Source: Candidatus Woesebacteria bacterium
GTDB lineage: Bacteria > Patescibacteriota > Microgenomatia > UBA8517
DNA length: 49,805 nt
Assembly (NCBI GenBank): GCA_013374835.1
Contig: CP055307.1
Location: forward strand, 608,963-658,767
Reading direction: 5' to 3'
Shown here: positions 43,394 through 49,805 of the stretch, one piece after another
Layout: every line of letters begins with the position of its first letter
Numbering within the stretch: position 1 is the stretch's first letter
Program-made: the position numbers and the translations under genes
The notes under the pieces: model-generated
Seen by the model: the letters and a program-made list of their open reading frames with translations, nothing else
The model's database searches: none
Told to the model about the DNA's origin: nothing

Positions 43394-43470
43394 TGGCGAG
43401 GCTGATGGGATTCGAACCCACGGTCTCCGGCGTGACAGGCCGGCGCTTTAAACCGCTAAGCTACAGCCCC
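43394..43470 (-). tRNA. tRNA-Asp(GTC), CCA encoded
   Basis: GGGGCTG/CAGCCTC acceptor, CCGGC/GCCGG stem, loop CTGTCAC, TTCGAAT, terminal GCCA. Confidence 0.95.
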
Positions 43471-43497
43471 AAAATTTTAAATTACAATGCACAAAAA

Positions 43498-43513
43498 ACA
43501 AATAATTATTTGT
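43498..43513. promoter_or_regulatory. Perfect 16-bp palindrome ACAAATAATTATTTGT (candidate operator)
   Basis: Self-reverse-complementary; lies between the divergent tRNA-Asp and polX genes. Confidence 0.5.
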
Positions 43514-43571
43514 GTGTAAATTATATAGCAAATCTGTATTTTGGACAAATTGATGATAAGATTAATTTGTA

Positions 43572-45362
43572 ATGAAGATTAGTCGAAATATGACCAATTC
43601 CGAGGTTTCAGATCTTTTGCGCGCAGTAGCTGCTGCATATGAGGTAAAGGCAGGAAAAAACTGGCGGTTTAAATCTATTGCCTATTCGAATGCTGCAGCA
43701 TCTATAGAACATCTCTCAAGCGAGGTGAAGGATCTTTATGACGAGGGTAAACTAGATGAAATACCGGGTGTCGGCAAAAATATTACAAAACACCTATCTG
43801 ATATTTTTAAAAATGGCAAATCCGCTCATTTTGAAAAAATTTTTGAAGGACTACCACCTGCCATGTTCGAGCTTTTAAGAGTAGATAATATTGGACCAAA
43901 ACGGGCGTATTTGCTTTCAAAGAAACTTAATATTTCTAGCAAAAATCCAATAATGGATTTAAAAAAGAAGGCAAAAGCCGGTTTTATTGCTAAATTATCC
44001 GGTTTTGGCGCTGACTTGCAAAACCAGATTATTGAGGGGATAAGATCCTATGAAAAGCGTGGTAAAAAGCGAATGCTTTTGTCTGAAGCGACGTGTATAG
44101 CAGATGATCTTATTTCCTGGATGAGTAGATGTCGAGATTGTGTTCAAATTGAAGCCTTGGGAAGTTTGCGAAGAAAGGCATCAACAGTTGGCGACATAGA
44201 TATCGCAGTCTCAAGTAAAAACGCAGAGAAAGTTATAAAACATTTTGTTTCTTATCCTAAAAAGCGGCGCCTAATTGAGGAGGGTGAAAAAACAGCTTCA
44301 ATAGTTACAAAATTGGGAGTACAGGTTGATTTGATGGTTCAAGAACCCTCTTCTTTTGGTTCTCTGCTTCAACATTTTACTGGATCTAAGCACCACAACA
44401 TAGCTCTTCGTGAATATGCCCTTAAAAAAGGTTTTAGTTTATCTGAATATGGCATAAAGACTATTGGTAAAGATTCTAAATCTAAGGTCCGTGAATTTTC
44501 TAACGAAGATGATTTTTATAATGCTTTAGGAATGGAGTGGATACCGCCAGAGCTTCGTGAAGACAGTGGAGAGATTGAGGCTGCCTTAAATAAAAAAATT
44601 CCTAAGTTGGTAGAAATTTCTAACATTAAGGCGGATTTACAGATTCATTCCGATTTTGATATTGAGACAAGTCATGACGTAGGCTCAAGCAGTATGGAAG
44701 AAATAATTAAAAAAGCTGATGAACTTGGTTATGAATATATTGCATTTACGGAGCATAATCCATCGCAAAGAGGACATAGTGAATCCCAGATTGTGGAAAT
44801 ATTGAAAAGAAAGCGTGAAAAAATTGAAAAAATTAATTATTCATTAAAAAAAGGGGTAAAAAGAGTATTTAACAGTTTGGAAATTGATATTTTACCGGGA
44901 GGTGGGATCGCGCTTTCTGAACGCGCATTAGAATTACTGGATTTTGCTCTAGTATCAATCCACTCCAGTTTTAATCAGGATAAGAAACAAATGACCAAGC
45001 GGGTTCTGTCTGCTCTTTATTACCCTAAAACAAAAATATTTGCGCATCCAACGACAAGGAAAATTAATTACAGGGAGGGTATTGAGATTGACTGGGACAG
45101 CATATTTGATTATTGTGTAAATAACAATAAATGGATTGAAATCAACGCAGAGCCTTCGCGGCTTGATTTACCGGATTTTTTGGTAAGAGAGGCTAAAGCA
45201 TATGGTGTTAAATTTACTCTTGGTACAGATTCACATAATGTCGAGAGCATGAATAATATGAAATACGGCGTTTATGTTGCCAGACGGGGATGGGCGACAA
45301 AACATGATATAATCAATACAAGAAGTTTGAAAGAGTTTGAATTTCTAATTTCAAGGGGGTGA
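43572..45362 (+). CDS. polX: DNA polymerase X with C-terminal PHP domain
   Basis: HhH IPGVGK, GSLRR...GDIDI, QVDL, HFTGSK.HN, LSEYG, PPELRE, PHP motifs TEH, EIDI, AHP, EIN, TDSH. Confidence 0.93.
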   Translation: MKISRNMTNSEVSDLLRAVAAAYEVKAGKNWRFKSIAYSNAAASIEHLSSEVKDLYDEGKLDEIPGVGKNITKHLSDIFKNGKSAHFEKIFEGLPPAMFELLRVDNIGPKRAYLLSKKLNISSKNPIMDLKKKAKAGFIAKLSGFGADLQNQIIEGIRSYEKRGKKRMLLSEATCIADDLISWMSRCRDCVQIEALGSLRRKASTVGDIDIAVSSKNAEKVIKHFVSYPKKRRLIEEGEKTASIVTKLGVQVDLMVQEPSSFGSLLQHFTGSKHHNIALREYALKKGFSLSEYGIKTIGKDSKSKVREFSNEDDFYNALGMEWIPPELREDSGEIEAALNKKIPKLVEISNIKADLQIHSDFDIETSHDVGSSSMEEIIKKADELGYEYIAFTEHNPSQRGHSESQIVEILKRKREKIEKINYSLKKGVKRVFNSLEIDILPGGGIALSERALELLDFALVSIHSSFNQDKKQMTKRVLSALYYPKTKIFAHPTTRKINYREGIEIDWDSIFDYCVNNNKWIEINAEPSRLDLPDFLVREAKAYGVKFTLGTDSHNVESMNNMKYGVYVARRGWATKHDIINTRSLKEFEFLISRG

Positions 45363-45366
45363 TTAT

Positions 45367-45951
45367 ATGCCATTATTAATATTTATAATTCCTTTAGTTT
45401 TAGTAGTAGTTTGGGTGGTTGCTCAATATAATTTTTTTGTATCCAGCAAAGCCAGGATTAAGGCTGCTGTTCAAGAAATTGGTAATCAGTTGAAAAGACA
45501 GGCAGATTTGATTCCGAACCTTGAATCTTCTGTAAAAGGCTACATGAAACAGGAAAAAACAATATTTAAAGATCTTACGGATGCAAGAAAAGCAGTTTCT
45601 GCAGCCGTTAAAAGTGGAAATTTACAGGAAATGGCGGACGCAGGATCCAAGCTTGCCAACATATTGCCTCAAATACAAGTTGTTGTTGAGGATAATCCAG
45701 AGCTTAAAAGCAATGAGGTTGTGGGAAAACTTATGGATGAACTGCGAGACACTGCAGATAAAGTTATGTATGCAAGGCGGTTGGTTATTGATTTAACAGC
45801 TGATTATAACGTTAAGAGAGTAAGTTTTCCTTCTAATTTGGTAGCAAGGATGTTCAATTTTCAAGAACAACCGGGATTAATAACACCTGAGTCCGGCAGC
45901 CATGTTGAAGTATCAGACGTGGAGATGAAATCACCGAAGGTAAACCTTTAA
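45367..45951 (+). CDS. lemA: LemA family protein
   Basis: TM, QLKRQADLIPNL..VKGY..QEK, E.NPELKSN, R...YN, FPSNLVA; SD AAGGGGGTGA at 45353-45362. Confidence 0.92.
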   Translation: MPLLIFIIPLVLVVVWVVAQYNFFVSSKARIKAAVQEIGNQLKRQADLIPNLESSVKGYMKQEKTIFKDLTDARKAVSAAVKSGNLQEMADAGSKLANILPQIQVVVEDNPELKSNEVVGKLMDELRDTADKVMYARRLVIDLTADYNVKRVSFPSNLVARMFNFQEQPGLITPESGSHVEVSDVEMKSPKVNL

Positions 45952-45957
45952 TCAACA

Positions 45958-46893
45958 ATGATAAATATATACGAGGCACAATCTGCCAATAGGCGCAAGA
46001 GTTTTTTGGTAATACTTTTTTTTGTTTTGTTTGTGTCTTTTGCCGTTTGGGTTTTGGTAAATGCCTTTTCGGTATATGTTGGTTATGAAGCCGGAGCTCT
46101 AACATATGTAGGTATTGCGTTTATTGTATCCGGGATAATGAGCTTCGTGAGCTATTATTATAGTGACAAAATAGTACTTTCAATATCCGGTGCAAGACCG
46201 GCTGATAAAATGCGTGATTTCGAGTTTTATACTGTATGTGAGAATCTGGCTATTGCAAGCGGTATTCCAACACCAAGGCTTTATGTTATTAACGACAGTG
46301 CTCCAAATGCATTTGCAACTGGCAGAGATCCTAAGCATGCTGTCGTTTGTGCGACAAGTGGACTTTTATCAAAGCTTAATAGAACTGAACTTGAAGGCGT
46401 GGTCGCACATGAGCTAACACACATTATTAATTATGATATAAGACTTATGTCTATTGTTTCCGTTTTGGTCGGTACCGTCGCACTTCTCGGAGATTGGTTT
46501 TTGAGAATGCAGTGGTACGGAGGAAGTAGAGACAGAGACAAAAATTCAGGAGGAATTGCCGTTTTGTTTTTGGTGCTTGGGACGTTGTTTGCGATACTAT
46601 CACCTCTGATTGCTAATTTTATTAAGCTTGCAATTTCAAGAAGGCGTGAATTTATGGCCGATGCTGGAGCAGTTTCAATTACAAGACAACCGCAAGGCTT
46701 GATATCCGCATTAAAAAAAATCTCTAGCGATACTGAGGCTCTTGAGGCTGCAAATAAGGCAACTGCACACATGTATATAATTAATCCGTTTAAGGGAAAG
46801 AATGATAAACGAGCAGTTGCTAGATTTGCTGGGCTTTTTAATACACATCCACCTCTTTCGGAAAGAATTGCGGCACTTGAGAAAATGATATAA
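45958..46893 (+). CDS. htpX: Zinc metalloprotease HtpX (M48)
   Basis: PNAFATGR, EL.GV.AHELTH, SRRREFMADA, THPPLSERI. Confidence 0.94.
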   Translation: MINIYEAQSANRRKSFLVILFFVLFVSFAVWVLVNAFSVYVGYEAGALTYVGIAFIVSGIMSFVSYYYSDKIVLSISGARPADKMRDFEFYTVCENLAIASGIPTPRLYVINDSAPNAFATGRDPKHAVVCATSGLLSKLNRTELEGVVAHELTHIINYDIRLMSIVSVLVGTVALLGDWFLRMQWYGGSRDRDKNSGGIAVLFLVLGTLFAILSPLIANFIKLAISRRREFMADAGAVSITRQPQGLISALKKISSDTEALEAANKATAHMYIINPFKGKNDKRAVARFAGLFNTHPPLSERIAALEKMI

Positions 46894-46902
46894 ATACTTA
46901 AA

Positions 46903-46929
46903 TTAGCAGTCTTGACACGAGAGTGATAA
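46903..46929 (+). promoter_or_regulatory. CIRCE operator (HrcA site) overlapping the clpB -35
   Basis: TTAGCAGTC-N9-GAGTGATAA versus consensus TTAGCACTC-N9-GAGTGCTAA: one mismatch per arm, exact spacer. Confidence 0.88.
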
Positions 46930-46940
46930 AAAGGCATAAT
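46912..46940 (+). promoter_or_regulatory. sigma70 promoter for clpB
   Basis: TTGACA 46912-46917, 17 nt, CATAAT 46935-46940. Confidence 0.75.
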
Positions 46941-46953
46941 TTTAATTATATGT

Positions 46954-49101
46954 ATGGAAGAAAATGATCCAAATACTCACAAAATAATTTTTGATACTCC
47001 AAAAGAAGAAGGACCTTTTTTGCCTAAATACACAATAAATCTTACTAAAATGGCTAAAGAAGGTAAACTTGATCCAGTTATTGGTAGGGATCGTGAAATA
47101 AGACGTGTAATGCAGATTCTTTCCAGAAGGACCAAAAATAATCCTGTTTTGATAGGAGATCCGGGTGTTGGGAAAACGGCAATAGTTGAGGGCCTGTCTC
47201 AAAGAATTTCAGACGGTGATGTACCCGATTCGCTCTCTGAAAAAGAACTTTTGGTTTTGGATATTGCTTCGATATTGGCTGGTTCTAAATTTAGAGGGGA
47301 GTTTGAAGAGCGTCTTAAAAATATAATATCCGAGGTAGAAGACGCACAAGGCAAGTATATTCTTTTTATTGACGAGCTGCATACGATAGTTGGTGCGGGA
47401 TCAAGCGAAGGGGCTGTAGACGCTTCCAACATGCTTAAACCGTCTCTTGCCCGTGGTACTCTTCATGTAATAGGTGCTACTACTATTGATGAATATAGAA
47501 AGCATATTGAAAAAGATGCGGCTCTTGAAAGACGCTTCCAGCCTGTTATGGTTGATGAACCAAGTCTTGAGGATACGATAGCCATACTTAGGGGTATAAA
47601 AGAGAAATATGAAATCCATCACGGGATTAGAATCACAGATGATGCGGTTATTGCAGCAGCGACGCTTTCTAGCAGATATATCTCGGACAGATTTTTGCCT
47701 GACAAGGCAATAGATTTACTGGATGAAGCCGCGAGTGCTTTGAAGATTGAAGCAGAATCCATGCCTTCGGAGCTTGATATGAAAAAACGCAGACTTACAC
47801 AGCTTGAGATTGAACTACATGGACTTAAGAAAGAAAAAGGTGAGGCTGTTGAGAAAAGAAGAGCTGAAATTGAACAAAAAATATCTTCTTTAAAAAAGGA
47901 CGTGACAGATCTTGAAAGAGACTGGAAGGAACAAAAAGAGATAATCCTAAATCTTCAAAAAGCGAGAAAGAAAATTGATACCTTAAAAATCGAGCTGGAA
48001 AAGGCAGAGCGTGAGGTTGATCTCGAGCGTGCTTCTGAGATTAAATACGGGAAGATTCCCGAGATCGAATCCGAAGTTAAAAAATATGAGGAGAGTTGGA
48101 AAGCGATCCCTGATGAAAAAAAGCTTTTGCGCGAAGAGGTAAGAAGCGATGATATCGCGGCAGTTGTTTCAAAGTGGAGCGGTATTCCTGTTACCAAGCT
48201 TCTTGCCAGCGAAACCGAAAGGCTTAAAAATCTTGAAAAAGAGCTTTCATCCCGTGTTGTCGGACAAGATGAGGGGCTTTCGGTTATAGCTAAAGCAATA
48301 AGAAGAAATAGGGCAGGATTATCTGAGTTTAAGGGGCCTATTGGATCTTTTCTGTTTTTAGGTCCGACTGGTGTGGGAAAAACAGAAACCGCAAAGGCGC
48401 TTGCAGAATACATGATGGGAACAGAAGATGCGATTATAAGAATTGATATGGGAGAATACCAAGAAGAGCATTCGATATCAAGGCTTATAGGTTCTCCTCC
48501 GGGATATATAGGGCATGAGGAAGGTGGCCAGCTTACCGAGGCTGTAAGGAGAAGACCTTATAGTGTTATCTTGCTTGATGAGATTGAAAAGGCTCATCCG
48601 AATATTTTTAATTCTTTGCTTCAAGTTCTTGACGACGGCAGAATGACTGACGGGAAAGGCAGAGTTGTGGATTTTAAAAACACCGTAATTATTATGACGA
48701 GCAACCTTGGAAGTGGTATGGTAAGCAAGGAAGATTTGGATAGGCTTCTTAATCAAACTTTTAAGCCAGAATTTATTAACAGGCTTTCGGCTATTGTAGT
48801 TTATAAAAGCTTGAATGAAGATGTTATGGATAAGATTGTTGAAATAAGACTTTCAGAGATTAGGGAAAACTTTGCAAAGCAAAACATCACATTTTCAATA
48901 AGTGACGAAGCTAAAAAATTTTTGGCAAAGAAAGGTTATGATCCTGTTTTCGGTGCAAGACCACTTAAGCGGCTTTTGAACGAGTTGATTTTAGATGAAG
49001 CTGCCATGATGATAATAAGCAATGAAATTGCAAGCGGAGATGAAATTTCTGTAGAGCTAAAAAACGACAAAATTAAAGTAATTCCAAAGCTTAAAAATTG
49101 A
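46954..49101 (+). CDS. clpB: ClpB-type AAA+ disaggregase lacking the N-terminal domain
   Basis: LDPVIGR at residue ~39, [13 protein letters not shown], coiled-coil M domain, [32 protein letters not shown]; no IGF loop. Confidence 0.92.
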   Translation: MEENDPNTHKIIFDTPKEEGPFLPKYTINLTKMAKEGKLDPVIGRDREIRRVMQILSRRTKNNPVLIGDPGVGKTAIVEGLSQRISDGDVPDSLSEKELLVLDIASILAGSKFRGEFEERLKNIISEVEDAQGKYILFIDELHTIVGAGSSEGAVDASNMLKPSLARGTLHVIGATTIDEYRKHIEKDAALERRFQPVMVDEPSLEDTIAILRGIKEKYEIHHGIRITDDAVIAAATLSSRYISDRFLPDKAIDLLDEAASALKIEAESMPSELDMKKRRLTQLEIELHGLKKEKGEAVEKRRAEIEQKISSLKKDVTDLERDWKEQKEIILNLQKARKKIDTLKIELEKAEREVDLERASEIKYGKIPEIESEVKKYEESWKAIPDEKKLLREEVRSDDIAAVVSKWSGIPVTKLLASETERLKNLEKELSSRVVGQDEGLSVIAKAIRRNRAGLSEFKGPIGSFLFLGPTGVGKTETAKALAEYMMGTEDAIIRIDMGEYQEEHSISRLIGSPPGYIGHEEGGQLTEAVRRRPYSVILLDEIEKAHPNIFNSLLQVLDDGRMTDGKGRVVDFKNTVIIMTSNLGSGMVSKEDLDRLLNQTFKPEFINRLSAIVVYKSLNEDVMDKIVEIRLSEIRENFAKQNITFSISDEAKKFLAKKGYDPVFGARPLKRLLNELILDEAAMMIISNEIASGDEISVELKNDKIKVIPKLKN

Positions 49102-49110
49102 GATAAGCGC

Positions 49111-49139
49111 TTGTTAATGCTTTAATTAGGCATTAATAT
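49111..49139 (+). promoter_or_regulatory. Probable gatCA promoter overlapping a hairpin
   Basis: TTGTTA 49111-49116, 17 nt, TAATAT 49134-49139; TTAATGC/GCATTAA inverted repeat 49114-49136. Confidence 0.5.
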
Positions 49140-49152
49140 ATAAAAGCCTGAG

Positions 49153-49452
49153 ATGGTTGGGATAACAAAAGATCAAGTAAAGCATATTTCAAGGCTCTCT
49201 AAGCTTAGTCTCAGTAAGGATGAGGTTAATAAATTTCAAAAGCAGCTTGGTGAGATAGTTGAGTACGTTAGGACTTTAGAACTTGTTAAACTTAATGACA
49301 CAGCTCCTACAAGTCAAACGACAGAGCTTACAAATGTTTACAGAAACGATTTAATTGGTGTTGATGGATTAGATCAGAAAAGCGCTTTGAGTGGAACCGA
49401 AGAGGTGTATAACGGCTACTTTAAAGTTCCTTCTATTTTTAAGAAAGTTTGA
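49153..49452 (+). CDS. gatC: Asp/Glu-tRNA amidotransferase subunit C
   Basis: V.HISRLSKL, L..IVEYV..L, YRND, GYFKVP; upstream of gatA. Confidence 0.92.
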   Translation: MVGITKDQVKHISRLSKLSLSKDEVNKFQKQLGEIVEYVRTLELVKLNDTAPTSQTTELTNVYRNDLIGVDGLDQKSALSGTEEVYNGYFKVPSIFKKV

Positions 49453-49454
49453 AA

Positions 49455-49805
49455 ATGAAAATTCCTAAGACAATTGATGAGCTTCAGGAAGACCTAAAGA
49501 AAAAGAAATATTCTGCCACCGAGCTTGTCAGGTATTATATTGAGAGAATTAAAAAATACGATAAAAAAATAAATTCTTTTTTGACTGTTAGCGAAGAGTA
49601 TGCTTACAGTAAGGCTAAGGCAGTTGATAAAATTATTTCAAACAATAAAAATTTTTTTAATGAGTTTCCTCTTCTTGGGACCGTTGTTGCGCATAAGGAT
49701 TTGTTTCTTACCGAAGGCATAAGAACTACTGCGGGATCGAGAGTGCTTTCATCTTATGTGCCTTCTTACTCTGCAACTGTATGTAAACGGATTGAAAAGG
49801 CGGGT
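49455..49805 (+). CDS. gatA: Amidotransferase subunit A, 3' truncated by window end
   Basis: My translation: MKIPKTIDELQEDL...YSATEL...INSFLTV...PLLG.VVAHKDLFLT.GIRTTAGSRVL..YVPSYSATV. Confidence 0.92.
   Translation, partial: MKIPKTIDELQEDLKKKKYSATELVRYYIERIKKYDKKINSFLTVSEEYAYSKAKAVDKIISNNKNFFNEFPLLGTVVAHKDLFLTEGIRTTAGSRVLSSYVPSYSATVCKRIEKAG

Noticed and set aside
46950-46967. Overlapping uORF MYGRK* at the clpB start
   Set aside because: 9 nt from the -10, outside the 6-7 nt leaderless spacing, and plausible by chance.
197-48756. Dozens of short antisense or out-of-frame ORFs in the supplied track (e.g. 3821..4201, 29667..30134, 40752..41156, 46431..46937, 47955..48413)
   Set aside because: They lie wholly within well-supported genes on the other strand or frame and have no motifs; they are shadows of biased codon usage.
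1-49805. CRISPR array, IS/transposase, prophage, rRNA, tmRNA, RNase P, introns
   Set aside because: No repeat-spacer periodicity or recognisable motifs, and intergenic space is too small; all four tRNAs are uninterrupted.

Overview
An AT-rich (T/G-skewed plus strand), densely packed bacterial chromosome segment in genetic code 11. Gene content and streamlining point to a Patescibacteria/CPR organism, most likely Microgenomates (inference, no database search). In order: (1) a surface-glycan cluster (acyltransferase, five GT2/GT4 enzymes, O-antigen-ligase family protein, ArnT/PMT-like GT-C, ManC, priming sugar transferase, DUF4012-like protein); (2) recO, dimeric-type GlyRS and a membrane-anchored hypothetical; (3) a dcw cluster (mraZ-rsmH-ftsL-ftsI-murA-mraY-ftsW-murG-ftsQ-ftsA-ftsZ) with none of murB/C/D/E/F/ddl; (4) ileS (type 2, GIHH motif), rodA, rplU, rpmA, parB, lepB, an IMPDH/GMPR-family gene, tRNA-Val and a GGR-like flavoprotein; (5) a second glycan cluster (GT4, GT2, Wzx, GT2, ligase/polymerase); (6) three tRNAs interleaved with small exported proteins (Ig-like, Cys-rich, LysM); (7) polX-PHP, lemA, htpX, an N-domain-less clpB under a CIRCE operator, gatC and partial gatA. 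I saw no mobile element, CRISPR array or rRNA. The most interesting signals are the ligase-free dcw cluster with divergent MurA/MurG motifs, recurrent leaderless promoters, a probable AUA start, MraZ boxes, CIRCE, palindromes upstream of polX and a two-state hairpin before tRNA-Gly. All family assignments come from motif recognition by eye.
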